Below, piece after piece: positions 48,111-58,063 of a DNA stretch of 64,000 bases. This DNA comes from Patescibacteria group bacterium. GTDB lineage: Bacteria; Patescibacteriota; Patescibacteriia; PEXW01. Made by a program: the position numbers and the translations under genes. The notes beneath the pieces are model-generated. The model was not told where the DNA came from. It did no database searches and saw only the letters and a program-made list of their open reading frames with translations. The stretch covers positions 137,206-201,205 of the forward strand of contig JBAYJA010000001.1 in assembly GCA_041665345.1 (NCBI GenBank), read 5' to 3'. The number at the start of each line of letters is the position of its first letter. The stretch's first letter is position 1.

Positions 48111-49721
48111 ATGCCTACAATTTTTAAACTCTCTGTTGGCAACCTGCACGATGCTGACCACGCAAAACGCATTGTTGAGCACCTACAACAGATGCCAGGG
48201 ATCATGCGGGTTGATGTGAATGCCAGCAAAGGCTTGCTCCGCGTTGTCGCTGCAGCAGACGTGGTTTTTACGCAGGTGGAGCAGCGCCTCCAATCCATCG
48301 GAGTTGTGGCTACACTATTTGCATCGCCAGATATTGGTGAGCATCCCTCGCAAAAACTGGAAGTACGTATTGCCGGCATGCACTGCCGTAGCTGTGAGCT
48401 TCTGGTGGAGCGGGAATTTAAGCAGCTGCCGGGCGTGCAGAAAGTGCAGGTAAACGCAGATCGGGGGTACGCCCGTTTGACCTGTGATGCAGCTATTTTG
48501 CCTTCTCGAACTACGCTGAACAGCGTCATTGAGAAGCATGGCTACAAAGTCGCGGCGAAGCAGATTCAAAGCGAAGGACTTCCAGAAACAGAACGTCCGC
48601 GTTTTGGCCAGTTGCTTGGCATCTTTGCCTTGGTATTCGTCATTGGATTCATTCTGTCAAAAACCGGACTACTCCGCTTCAATGCTGATGTTGGCAACTC
48701 AACCGGGCTGCTCGCTATTTTCTTCCTTGGCCTCGTCGCTGCCACAAGTTCCTGCCTTGCTGTGTCGGGTGGGCTCATGCTATCGGTGGTGGCAAATTTT
48801 CGGGAGCGGTACAACCTCCAGGGTCGCGCCAGGCTTATCCCCACTGTAAGTTTTGTTGCGGGTCGAATCATTGGGTATGCCGTCTTGGGTGGAGTGATTG
48901 CTGGTATTGGTAAAGTGCTCTCGCCGTCACCACTCTTCACCGCCGTGATTACGATTATCGCGGCACTGTACATGTTCATTATGGGTTTGGATATGCTGCG
49001 CTTGGCGCCGAGTTGGCTGAAAGCGATTCTCCCCCGGATGCCCAAGGCTTTGGGTCACCGGGTCATGGACAGCAACAAGAATGTTCACTGGTTTTCCCCA
49101 TTTCTCCTGGGGGCACTCACCTTCTTTTTGCCGTGTGGGTTCACGCAGTCCCTCCAGCTGTACGTCCTGACTACCGGAAACGTGCTTACTGGAGCATTGA
49201 CGATGTTCGCCTTTGCTTTGGGAACTGCGCCGGCATTGCTCGCTCTCGGCTGGGTGTCACATTCACTCAAGGGCAAAGCGGGTCAGTTCTTCTTCCGGCT
49301 GGCTGGCGCAGCCGTTATCGTTCTGGGGCTGTACAATTTCAGTAATGGCTTGGCCATTGCCGGCTACCCAATTTCTTTTTCCCGTGGGTCAAGTCCTGAA
49401 ACTGTGGTGCAAGGCAATGTCGCCGATCCGAACGTGATCTTTGATGGTACACGCCAAAATGTGAAGACGACCTTTACCGACTTTGGGTATAGTCCAAGCA
49501 CCTTCACCGTGAAGGCTGGCGTGCCTGTGCACTGGGAAGTGGATTCTGCTGGGAAAGCGGGTGGATGTCGGTCATCTTTCCTAGTACCAAAGTTAAAGAT
49601 TTCTGAATCGGTGGTGAATGGGGTAAGCATTTTTGACTTTACCCCAGACACGCCCGGCACGTACGCCTTCAGCTGTGGTATGGGCATGTACCGTGGCAGC
49701 TTCTCCGTGGTTTCTACCTAA
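48111..49721 (+). CDS. HMA + DsbD_2/TauE membrane domain + cupredoxin protein
   Basis: GMHCRSC, SCLAVSGG, FFLPCGF, C-terminal FSCGMGMY. Confidence 0.88.
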   Translation: MPTIFKLSVGNLHDADHAKRIVEHLQQMPGIMRVDVNASKGLLRVVAAADVVFTQVEQRLQSIGVVATLFASPDIGEHPSQKLEVRIAGMHCRSCELLVEREFKQLPGVQKVQVNADRGYARLTCDAAILPSRTTLNSVIEKHGYKVAAKQIQSEGLPETERPRFGQLLGIFALVFVIGFILSKTGLLRFNADVGNSTGLLAIFFLGLVAATSSCLAVSGGLMLSVVANFRERYNLQGRARLIPTVSFVAGRIIGYAVLGGVIAGIGKVLSPSPLFTAVITIIAALYMFIMGLDMLRLAPSWLKAILPRMPKALGHRVMDSNKNVHWFSPFLLGALTFFLPCGFTQSLQLYVLTTGNVLTGALTMFAFALGTAPALLALGWVSHSLKGKAGQFFFRLAGAAVIVLGLYNFSNGLAIAGYPISFSRGSSPETVVQGNVADPNVIFDGTRQNVKTTFTDFGYSPSTFTVKAGVPVHWEVDSAGKAGGCRSSFLVPKLKISESVVNGVSIFDFTPDTPGTYAFSCGMGMYRGSFSVVST

Positions 49722-49729
49722 GCATAGGT

Positions 49730-50698
49730 ATGAAAATGCTTACCTTTCATGGAGAGTACTCGTACAACAAAGCAACCACGTATGAAGGTTTTGTCGCCCT
49801 TTGTCACTTTGAACCCTTTGATGATATTGATTTGATTCGGAAAGCCGCATTGGCGCTTGTGAAAAAAGCTGGTCGGGAGCAAATTATTGTTGTCCCATTT
49901 GCACATTTGCATAGCAAAGTTGCACCAAGCAAGGAAGGGAAATTTCTTTTTCAAACACTAGTGCACAGCATTTCTTCTCAACATCCGAAAACGGTGTCGG
50001 CACCATTTGCTGTAGAAAAAGCGTTGCATATATCTGTTCCAAAAAAAGATTCACTAATAAATTTTCTCAATTTTAAACCTACATACCTTCATGAAGTTCG
50101 GAGGCTCTATGAGGTCTACGCGGAAGATTACGATTTGCACATGATGAAAACCGGGCATTACAAAGCGCAAGAGAGAATTTATGAGGCCGTGAAGGCACAC
50201 ATTTATGAGCCGGTCATCGATGTTGCTTGTGGTCCTGGTTTTTTACTGACGCAAATAATGCGAGATTATTCAAAAGTGTACGCGAACGACATTTCCGAAG
50301 CAATGATTGCTCTTGCAAAAGCGCGAGTGAAAGGAAAGCATATTGCATTTTCAAAAGATGATGCGATGACCCTTGATTCTTTTGGTGGCAAAAGATTTGG
50401 AACAATTATTTCATCTAATCTTTTTTACTATATAAAAGACAGAGAAAAGGCAGTACAAGGGTGGAAAAAGTTTTTACAGGATAGTGGGAGCATTATTTTT
50501 ATTGAGGAGTACCCGTTTATAAACACAAAATCGAAATATTTTGAGGGAAAAAGAAGCGGGATTACCAGTATTCTCTCACCAGTTTCACCCGATGAAATCA
50601 CCGCGCTCATGAAGCACAATGGCTTTACACTGACGCTGAATACAAAAACCGCAATAGATAAACGACATGATTTATTTGGGTTGGTATTTAAAAAATAA
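49730..50698 (+). CDS. Fusion of archaeal-type ThrRS editing domain and class I SAM methyltransferase
   Basis: N-term MLTFH..IIVVPFAHL..APF..KAL; C-term VIDVACGPG, DISEAM, DA, GSIIFIE. Confidence 0.7.
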   Translation: MKMLTFHGEYSYNKATTYEGFVALCHFEPFDDIDLIRKAALALVKKAGREQIIVVPFAHLHSKVAPSKEGKFLFQTLVHSISSQHPKTVSAPFAVEKALHISVPKKDSLINFLNFKPTYLHEVRRLYEVYAEDYDLHMMKTGHYKAQERIYEAVKAHIYEPVIDVACGPGFLLTQIMRDYSKVYANDISEAMIALAKARVKGKHIAFSKDDAMTLDSFGGKRFGTIISSNLFYYIKDREKAVQGWKKFLQDSGSIIFIEEYPFINTKSKYFEGKRSGITSILSPVSPDEITALMKHNGFTLTLNTKTAIDKRHDLFGLVFKK

Positions 50699-50701
50699 TC
50701 T

Positions 50702-50878
50702 ATGCCTTCACATATTCCCTTTGACCCTGATTTTGACCAACCTGCACGCACGCCTTTCCCTGGGTTTCTCCGGGGCACAAGTGCACGAGTTGCGCTCATC
50801 CTCGGTATGACCATCGGAATGTCGGCCTTGAGTTTCATTGGCATTGTGCTTTTTCTGCTCTTGAAGCGTAACGGTTAG
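50702..50878 (+). CDS. 58-aa single-TM protein (not in ORF track)
   Basis: MPSHIPFDPDF...VALILGMTIGMSALSFIGIVLFLLLKRNG; fills the gap before copZ in the operon. Confidence 0.6.
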   Translation: MPSHIPFDPDFDQPARTPFPGFLRGTSARVALILGMTIGMSALSFIGIVLFLLLKRNG

Positions 50879-50880
50879 GT

Positions 50881-51075
50881 ATGTATGTACAGCTTGTTCC
50901 ATTACTGAACATGCACTGCGCGTCCTGCACAACATTGGTGCGGCTTACTTTGGAAGAAATGCCTGGCGTTATCAGTGCACAGGTTGATGAACGCGAAGCC
51001 AGGGTAGAGTTCGACCAGACGAAAGTTCGTCCAGAACAAATTACTTCTGCAGTCAAAGCGCTTGGCCACGCCTAA
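50881..51075 (+). CDS. copZ: Copper chaperone (HMA domain)
   Basis: MHCASC; 64 aa. Confidence 0.88.
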   Translation: MYVQLVPLLNMHCASCTTLVRLTLEEMPGVISAQVDEREARVEFDQTKVRPEQITSAVKALGHA

Positions 51076-51077
51076 GT

Positions 51078-51443
51078 ATGCAAATCCTAGGCATCATTCT
51101 CATTATTGTCATCGCTGGTCTCTTCTTCCTTTGGTTGCGTTTTCAACGTCAGCAGGAAGCAGCAGTGCAAACTTCGTCTGGGGTTCAGCAGCAAACAATT
51201 GTCGTACGTGCTGCATACAAACCGAACGTCGTATCCATTCGAACTGGCACACCTATCGAGCTCATTTTTGATCGTCAGGAGGACACGGAGTGTTCACGCT
51301 TCGTCACGTTTGAAGATTTGCACATCCGGCAAGATCTCCCCGCTTTTCAAAAAACGATCGTCAATTTACCCGCCTTACCAAAAGGGGAAGTCCTCTTTAC
51401 TTGCGACATGGGTATGTACCAGGGAAAGCTCGTCATTTCTTAA
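51078..51443 (+). CDS. Membrane-anchored cupredoxin (CupA-like)
   Basis: N-terminal TM; ECS and FTCDMGMYQG. Confidence 0.85.
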   Translation: MQILGIILIIVIAGLFFLWLRFQRQQEAAVQTSSGVQQQTIVVRAAYKPNVVSIRTGTPIELIFDRQEDTECSRFVTFEDLHIRQDLPAFQKTIVNLPALPKGEVLFTCDMGMYQGKLVIS

Positions 51444-51447
51444 ACCA

Positions 51448-51492
51448 ATGCAATCTTGCACCCTCTCACTTCGTGGTATGCACTGTGCTAGC
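51448..51492 (+). pseudogene. Orphan 5' fragment of a copA-like gene
   Basis: [15 protein letters not shown]; 51463-51491 is 27/29 identical to 51649-51677 of intact copA. Confidence 0.7.
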
Positions 51493-51630
51493 TCGTTTCG
51501 AGCTGCACCCTTCGTGCCCGAGCTGCTGCTCGGTCACTCCGGGTTCCGCTCGAATCCTCGCTTGACCCCACAAACCCGTGCTCACTTCGTTCCGCTTCGT
51601 GTTTGTGGGGACCCGGAAGAATTTTAATAT

Positions 51631-53844
51631 ATGGCTGAGCAAATTGTACTCTCACTTCGTGGCATGCACTGTGCAAGTTGTAGTCAGTTGATTGAGTTGG
51701 CATTGCGGAAAACACCTGGCGTGCAAACAGCAACCGTGAATGTGGCTACCGAGCAAGCACACGTGGAGTACGATCCAGCTGCCGTTGACGTACCAACTTT
51801 AGAATCCGCAGTGCAGAAGATTGGTTACGGCGCTGAACGGGTAGTTGCAGCGGGGGTGGCCGCCAGTCACCAACGTGACCGTGTAGCGGAGCAGCGGAAT
51901 CAAGATATGCGTCGGTTGCAGCGCTTTTTCTGGCTTGCCCTCAGCTTTTCCATCCCGGTCTTTGTCTTGAGCATGGGCATGTCGGTCTTGCCGGTTATTG
52001 AGGACATTCCTGGCCGTGCGTGGATTGTGCTTGGGCTGACGTTGCCAGTGCAGTTCTACGCGGGTTGGCAATTTTTCGTTGGGTTCTGGGGCGCCCTGCG
52101 TGCGCGAACGGCGAACATGGATTCGCTCATTGCTATTGGAACATCCGCAGCTTTTCTGTACTCACTCTTCGTGACGGTTGGTGTGGTGGAAGGGGAGCTG
52201 TACTTCGAAATTGCCGCTATTCTCATAACGTTTGTTCTCCTGGGGAAAATGTTGGAAGGCCGGGCAAAGGGGAAGGCGAGTGAAGCCATTCGGAGTCTAG
52301 CCGGCTTGCAAGCCAAGACTGCGATCGTCATCAAGAACGGGCAAGAGGTTGCGGTGCCAGTTGAAGCGGTGCAGGTTGGTGATGTGCTGCGGGTGAAGCC
52401 AGGCCAAAAAATTCCCGTGGATGGTATTGTCGAATCCGGTACGTCCAGCGTGGATGAGTCTATGGTTACCGGAGAAAGTTTGCCGGTGGAAAAGGGTGAA
52501 GGGGATGCCGTCATTGGTGCGACCATCAACGTCAACGGTAGCTTCACCTTCCGGGCAACCAAAGTCGGCGCTGCAACGATGCTCGCGGGTATTATGAAAC
52601 TCGTGGAAGAAGCACAAGCAAGCAAGGCACCAATCCAGCGATTTGCCGATCGCGTGTCGGCGTACTTTGTTCCGGCGGTGATCGCGCTTGCTTTCATTAC
52701 CTTTGTCAGTTGGTTTTTTCTGGCTGGTGAACCCTTTGTGGAAAGCCTGCTGGCGTTTGTCGCTGTCTTGGTCATTGCCTGCCCATGCGCTCTGGGACTA
52801 GCCACACCCACGGCGATTATTACTGGCACTGGCTTGGGCGCGCAGCGGGGGATCCTCATCAAAGGTGGTGAAGCATTGGAAGCCGCCCGGAAAATTGACG
52901 TGGTGGTGTTTGATAAAACCGGGACGCTGACGCATGGCAAGCCGGAAGTCACCGACACCCTCACTTTTTCCTCGCTGTTCACCAGTGCACAAGTCTTACG
53001 TTACGCTGCTGCGGTTGAAAAGCTATCGAGCCATCCCTTGGCTACCGCCATAGTCCGTGCCGCTGGGGAGTCTGCGTTGACACCGGAAGATTTTCAAACA
53101 GTACCTGGCCAAGGCGTGAAGGCAATTGTTGATGGACAGCACGTACTGCTTGGTAATCGGACAATGCTCTCCTCAGCACATATCGTGGTATCGTCTGAAG
53201 CCGAAACGCGCATCCAACACCTTGAGCAGGCCGGCAAGACCGTCATGCTCTTGGCTGTCGATAAGCACCTCGCAGGGAGTATCGCCGTTGCTGATACAGT
53301 AAAACCCTCGGCAAAGCCTGCCCTGGCAGCACTCCATGACTTGGGTATTCGGACCGTGATGATCACCGGTGATAACCAACGGACAGCCGAGGCAATTGCG
53401 GCATCGTTGGGGATCGGTGATGTGCAAGCCGAAGTCCTGCCCCAGCAGAAGGAGCAAGCCGTGGCGAAGTACCAAGCTCAGGGAAAGCGGGTGGCGTTTG
53501 TGGGTGATGGGATCAATGACGCGCCGGCGTTGGCGCGCGCAAACCTGGGCATTGCCATTGGCTCTGGGACAGATGTGGCAATGGAGACCGGGCAAATTGT
53601 GCTGGTGCGTGATGACTTGATGGACGTCGTCCGTGCCATCAAACTTGCCCGGGCAACCTTCCGAAAAATAGTCCAAAATTTTTTCTGGGCCCTGGGGTAC
53701 AACGTCGCCGGCATTCCCATTGCCGCCGGCGCGTTTGCCTGGGCTGGCCTTACCCTGCGGCCTGAGTTTGCGGGTTTGGCAATGGCATTGTCGTCTGTGT
53801 CCGTGGTGAGTAATTCGCTGCTCCTGAAGCGTTGGAAAGGGTGA
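51631..53844 (+). CDS. copA: Cu(I)-translocating P1B-type ATPase
   Basis: [35 protein letters not shown]. Confidence 0.96.
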   Translation: MAEQIVLSLRGMHCASCSQLIELALRKTPGVQTATVNVATEQAHVEYDPAAVDVPTLESAVQKIGYGAERVVAAGVAASHQRDRVAEQRNQDMRRLQRFFWLALSFSIPVFVLSMGMSVLPVIEDIPGRAWIVLGLTLPVQFYAGWQFFVGFWGALRARTANMDSLIAIGTSAAFLYSLFVTVGVVEGELYFEIAAILITFVLLGKMLEGRAKGKASEAIRSLAGLQAKTAIVIKNGQEVAVPVEAVQVGDVLRVKPGQKIPVDGIVESGTSSVDESMVTGESLPVEKGEGDAVIGATINVNGSFTFRATKVGAATMLAGIMKLVEEAQASKAPIQRFADRVSAYFVPAVIALAFITFVSWFFLAGEPFVESLLAFVAVLVIACPCALGLATPTAIITGTGLGAQRGILIKGGEALEAARKIDVVVFDKTGTLTHGKPEVTDTLTFSSLFTSAQVLRYAAAVEKLSSHPLATAIVRAAGESALTPEDFQTVPGQGVKAIVDGQHVLLGNRTMLSSAHIVVSSEAETRIQHLEQAGKTVMLLAVDKHLAGSIAVADTVKPSAKPALAALHDLGIRTVMITGDNQRTAEAIAASLGIGDVQAEVLPQQKEQAVAKYQAQGKRVAFVGDGINDAPALARANLGIAIGSGTDVAMETGQIVLVRDDLMDVVRAIKLARATFRKIVQNFFWALGYNVAGIPIAAGAFAWAGLTLRPEFAGLAMALSSVSVVSNSLLLKRWKG
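53816..53842 (+). repeat. 27-bp perfect direct repeat; second copy 56093-56119
   Basis: CGCTGCTCCTGAAGCGTTGGAAAGGGT flanks the 53938-56037 gene. Confidence 0.9.
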
Positions 53845-53937
53845 GAGGAAATGAAAATATAAACAATACTAGTAACCCTTTTGAGTAAAAGGATACTATT
53901 AGTATGGGGTTAGTATTTCTGTTAAAATGAGGCTGTT

Positions 53938-56037
53938 ATGCACACCGAAAACCCCGGTTTCCTCAAGGAGAAGTACAGTAATTTCCACACCAGTGAGGAG
54001 GTGGAACGTGCTGCCGTGCGCACGGAAGGGCGAACCGGTGAGAAAGTCCCGCAAGACCCTGCAGCAAAGATCCAGAACTACCTTGGCCGTCTGGAACGAC
54101 TGGCCATGGACTCGGAGAAGACCCAAGGCAAGAAGATGGTGGCGGGGAAATCCCGCCCCCGTGCTCTGTCTCTGCTGCGAGACATGGTCATGGAGAAGTA
54201 CGTCCGCGCCAACAAGGACAAGCTGGCCGAAGGTGCGGCCCGGGTGGAAGAGCGGGCTGCCCGGAACCTAGGCATGGATGTACGGTACAACGAAGAAGCA
54301 CTGGAACAGCGTGGTGAGATCGCCGTGGAAGACCTGGAGAAGTCCCTGGACAACTGGCTGCTGTACCTGTCTGATGCTAACGAGCCCTACCCCACCTGGT
54401 TCCGCTACTACGCCTTCCGGAATGTCCTGGAGATGGGTGACTTTGACAAGGACAAAGGTGAGTTCACGAAGCGTTCCCCTGGCACCACCCGTCTGTTCCC
54501 CGATGTGGACCACGGAGCCTTGGCGCACGTACAGCAGATGATCGAGGCCGCGAAAGACCCAGCTATGCTGGCACGCCTCCAGGACGCCCAGCGTGCTGCC
54601 GCGAATAACAACCTCCCCGCCGGTGAACTCCTCACCAAGGAGAAGGTCGCAGCCTTTGCCAAGCTCTCCTTTGCCAAGCAGTACGCCGAGGGTATCCGTC
54701 AGGCCGGAGAGATTACCCCAGAGATGAAGGAAGAAACCCAAGGCAAGTGGGTCACCTACCAAAAGGGCACTGACCCTACCGCCCTCTGGGCCTCCCTGCA
54801 GAATAAAGGCACGGCCTGGTGCACGAAAGGTTACGCGACGGCAGCAAAGCAGCTTGAAACAGGCGACTTCCACGTGCACTACACCCTAGACAGCCAAGGC
54901 AAGCCCACCATTCCTCGGATTGCCATTCGTATGGATGGTGACCAGATCGGCGAAGTCCGCGGTGTAGCAGACAACCAGCAAAATTTGGAAGGCAACATGA
55001 TCACAATTGCCGAAGAAAAAATGGCTGGACTCCCAGGGGCAGAGGGGTACAAGAAAAAGTCTGCGGACATGAAAGCTCTCACAGAAATTGAGCAGGCAGT
55101 GAAAGCAAACAAACAGCTTACCAGCACCCAGCTCCGCTTTCTCTACGAAGTTGATTCGCCAATTGAGCAATTTGGTTTTAAACGTGACCCCCGCATCAAT
55201 GAGTTGCTCGCTACAAGGAACCCTGAGGAGGATATACATCTTTACGGGTATGACATTGCACATCCAGACACGCAGGCGCTGAAGTTTATTTACGATATCG
55301 GTGATAAGCGCGTCCCTCGATCATTCCTTCCAACAATAGAAATACTTCGCCGAAGTCGTAACATCGAAGCAGACCTGCCTGTGGTGTTCGAGTGCATACC
55401 TGATCAAATCGCCCGAGATGCAGAGCATATTACCGAGGACACCAAAGCATACGTAGGGAAGCTCGTCCCCGGTATCTTCCAGATGCTCCCTGAAGGAATT
55501 GAGCATATTTACACTGCTTTCCCTGAAGGTCGGATTCGCCAAGATCCCGTGAACATTGGCGGCACAACGAAAGCAGACCTCCAACGCCAGCTGGAGGAGC
55601 AAGGTATTGGAAAAACATCCTTCGCCGATTACATGTTAGACAGTCGGGACTTTACCACGGGTACAGAAACCGAAACCGCTAACTTGGTTCGTCTTACTGT
55701 GGAGATGCTGGGCTTCCCGAAAGGCGCAACCACGAAGGAAATTTACGAGCGTGCAGAGGAGTTGGGCTTGGAACTCTGCCCTGCAGAAGTCGGCCCGCAG
55801 TACCGGCTGAAAAATACAAATCAACCGATGAATGAGTCGATTGTTATTGGCATGAAGCAAATTACAAGTTGGAACGGCAACCCGCACGTTTTCAACCTGG
55901 AGCGCGACGAAAACGGTCTGTGGTTGTACGAGAACTATGCGAAGTCTAACAAGGAGTGGAATCCGAAGTCCGAGTTTGCCTTCCGCCTCCGCAAGAAAAA
56001 GAAGGAAGCTGTGGATCAATCCGAGGTGGAAAAGTAA
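53938..56037 (+). CDS. Large hypothetical protein with DGR-type C-terminal domain
   Basis: TAWCT central motif; C-term GLELCPAEVGP...GNPHVFNLER..GLWL...W.P..EFAFRLRK. Confidence 0.75.
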   Translation: MHTENPGFLKEKYSNFHTSEEVERAAVRTEGRTGEKVPQDPAAKIQNYLGRLERLAMDSEKTQGKKMVAGKSRPRALSLLRDMVMEKYVRANKDKLAEGAARVEERAARNLGMDVRYNEEALEQRGEIAVEDLEKSLDNWLLYLSDANEPYPTWFRYYAFRNVLEMGDFDKDKGEFTKRSPGTTRLFPDVDHGALAHVQQMIEAAKDPAMLARLQDAQRAAANNNLPAGELLTKEKVAAFAKLSFAKQYAEGIRQAGEITPEMKEETQGKWVTYQKGTDPTALWASLQNKGTAWCTKGYATAAKQLETGDFHVHYTLDSQGKPTIPRIAIRMDGDQIGEVRGVADNQQNLEGNMITIAEEKMAGLPGAEGYKKKSADMKALTEIEQAVKANKQLTSTQLRFLYEVDSPIEQFGFKRDPRINELLATRNPEEDIHLYGYDIAHPDTQALKFIYDIGDKRVPRSFLPTIEILRRSRNIEADLPVVFECIPDQIARDAEHITEDTKAYVGKLVPGIFQMLPEGIEHIYTAFPEGRIRQDPVNIGGTTKADLQRQLEEQGIGKTSFADYMLDSRDFTTGTETETANLVRLTVEMLGFPKGATTKEIYERAEELGLELCPAEVGPQYRLKNTNQPMNESIVIGMKQITSWNGNPHVFNLERDENGLWLYENYAKSNKEWNPKSEFAFRLRKKKKEAVDQSEVEK

Positions 56038-56040
56038 CCC

Positions 56041-56121
56041 ATGTCAAAAATCATTGTCGGTCTCTCAGGTGGAGTTGATTCGTCCGTAGCCGCGCTGCTC
56101 CTGAAGCGTTGGAAAGGGTAG
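56041..56121 (+). pseudogene. mnmA: mnmA 5' fragment fused to a copA 3' end
   Basis: MSKIIVGLSGGVDSSVAALLLK followed by RWKG* as in copA. Confidence 0.8.
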
Positions 56122-56144
56122 GGCATAGTGGTACACTGAGGGCT

Positions 56145-56960
56145 GTGGAGACCAACACCGACAACCAACGCCACCCACAGCACGCCCAGATTCACCAAGA
56201 ACTGCGGGGTGCCAGCGCGCAAGGAGGACCCGATAGTTCCGTGCTCATGCCCCCGCACGTGCACTGGTTCAAGCCGCTCATGCTTGGGTTGGCACTTTTT
56301 ATCATTGTCTTCTTAGGTACAGTCATTGCCGTGGATGCCTACCGGGCGCGCCAGCAGAATGCAGATCCTTTTGCGGCTGCCACAAGCGGAACGGATGGGC
56401 AATCGACCGTGAGCAACATTCAGACTACCAATCGTTCAGCAATTCCAAAACTGGAAACCGCAGACGATCCGTTCCTGGGTCCGGAGAATGCGTCAGTCAT
56501 TGTGGTGCTCTTTGCGGATTTCCAATGTCCATTTTGCAAAGAGTTTTACTCCACTTACCGGGAAGTTGCCGTGCAGTACCAAAACCGTGTGAAGTTCATT
56601 TTCCGGGACATGCCGCTTACGGATATTCACGACCGTGCGCAAGCAACGGCTGAAGCTGCAGGGTGTGCATTTGCGCAGAGTAATGAAAAATTTTGGGCAT
56701 ACCACGACCGGCTCTACCAAAATCAGGACGATTTGTCCGATGCCGCACTGCTCCGTGCGGCCACGCAAGTGGGTCTGGATGAAAAGCAATTTTCTGCCTG
56801 CGTTGCTTCGCATGAACGGAAAACTGAAGTGGACGAAGACTACCTGGATGGTGCGTCTGCCGGAGTTCGCGGCACGCCCACCCTGTTCTTCAACGGTCGG
56901 CGGGTGCAAGGGGTTATCCCAAAAGACAAGTTCACCAAGGCGCTGGATTTACTCTTATAA
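56145..56960 (+). CDS. DsbA-family thioredoxin-fold protein
   Basis: TM anchor; FADFQCPFC, GTPT. Confidence 0.9.
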   Translation: METNTDNQRHPQHAQIHQELRGASAQGGPDSSVLMPPHVHWFKPLMLGLALFIIVFLGTVIAVDAYRARQQNADPFAAATSGTDGQSTVSNIQTTNRSAIPKLETADDPFLGPENASVIVVLFADFQCPFCKEFYSTYREVAVQYQNRVKFIFRDMPLTDIHDRAQATAEAAGCAFAQSNEKFWAYHDRLYQNQDDLSDAALLRAATQVGLDEKQFSACVASHERKTEVDEDYLDGASAGVRGTPTLFFNGRRVQGVIPKDKFTKALDLLL

Positions 56961-56981
56961 TTGTAATGCTATACTGCACGC

Positions 56982-57428
56982 ATGCTTTTCATCGGCGCTG
57001 ATCACGCAGGTTTCGCCCTCAAAACCCACCTGAAAAAATTTCTCACCCGTCTGGAATACCAGGTGGAGGATGTTGGCGCGCATGCGTTAACGCCAGGAGA
57101 TGATTACCCAAATTTTGCCACTGAGCTGGCCAAGCGCGTGCGCCGTACCACCGGCAGCATGGGCATTCTCATCTGCGGCAGCGGGGTGGGTATGAGCATT
57201 GTGGCGAATAAGTTCGCTGGCATCCGCGCGGTGAATGTGTGGACAGAACGGGTGGCGAAAATGGCGCGGGAAGAAGAAGATGCAAATGTGCTTGTCTTGC
57301 CCGCAAAGTTAGTGCCTCGCGCAACAGCAGAAGCAATTTGTCGGGTTTGGCTGCGCACGTCGTTCCGGCGGATTCCACGCTACCGTCGTCGCCTTAGTGA
57401 ACTCGCCCGGATTGAGAATACAAATTAA
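56982..57428 (+). CDS. rpiB: Ribose-5-phosphate isomerase B
   Basis: IGADHAGF, DYP, CGSGVGM.IVANK. Confidence 0.94.
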   Translation: MLFIGADHAGFALKTHLKKFLTRLEYQVEDVGAHALTPGDDYPNFATELAKRVRRTTGSMGILICGSGVGMSIVANKFAGIRAVNVWTERVAKMAREEEDANVLVLPAKLVPRATAEAICRVWLRTSFRRIPRYRRRLSELARIENTN

Positions 57429-57433
57429 ACTGT

Positions 57434-58060
57434 ATGCAAATTACACCAGCGATTTTGGAAACAGAAGCAGAAGAGTTGAAGCAGAAAGTTGCAATGGTGG
57501 AACACGCGGTGGACTTGATTCAGATTGATGTTGGTGATGGTACGTTCGTGCCAACAGTGACGGTTTTGCCGCGCGCATTGGGGGAGTTTCGACCGCTCAC
57601 AGCTTTGGAAGTGCATTTGATGGTCCAACGACCAGACCGGTTTGCTGCAGACTGGGTGAACCTGGGTGCGACGAAATTCATTTTCCATGTGGAAGCGGAT
57701 GGTGACTTGGAACGTTTCATTGCGCAGTGTCGGGAATTGGACTGCGACGTGGCCATTGCCTTGAATCCTGGGACGCCATTGGAGAAATTGGAACCATTCC
57801 TTGACCTGGTGGATGAAGTGTTTTTTTTGGGTGGGAAGCCTGGTGCCCAGGGGAATCCGTTCCAACCCGACGTGTTGGATGCCATCAAAGAATTTCACGC
57901 CTCGTTCCCCAGTATGCCCATTGCCTTGGATATCGGGGTGAATGAGGAAAATATACCAATGATTGCGGCAGCCGGGGTAACGCGAGTGTGCGTGGGTTCC
58001 ACCCTCTGGAAGAGCGCAGACCCCGTGGCAGAATTGCAGAAGCTCAGCGCTATTCAGTAA
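57434..58060 (+). CDS. rpe: Ribulose-phosphate 3-epimerase
   Basis: ID..DGTFVP, EVHLMV, HVE, LNPGTP, PG.QG, D.GV. Confidence 0.92.
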   Translation: MQITPAILETEAEELKQKVAMVEHAVDLIQIDVGDGTFVPTVTVLPRALGEFRPLTALEVHLMVQRPDRFAADWVNLGATKFIFHVEADGDLERFIAQCRELDCDVAIALNPGTPLEKLEPFLDLVDEVFFLGGKPGAQGNPFQPDVLDAIKEFHASFPSMPIALDIGVNEENIPMIAAAGVTRVCVGSTLWKSADPVAELQKLSAIQ

Positions 58061-58063
58061 TCT

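Noticed and set aside
50855-50869. Third copy of the LLLKR repeat (CTGCTCTTGAAGCGT)
   Set aside because: Only 14/15 bp; explained by common codons at the end of a TM helix.
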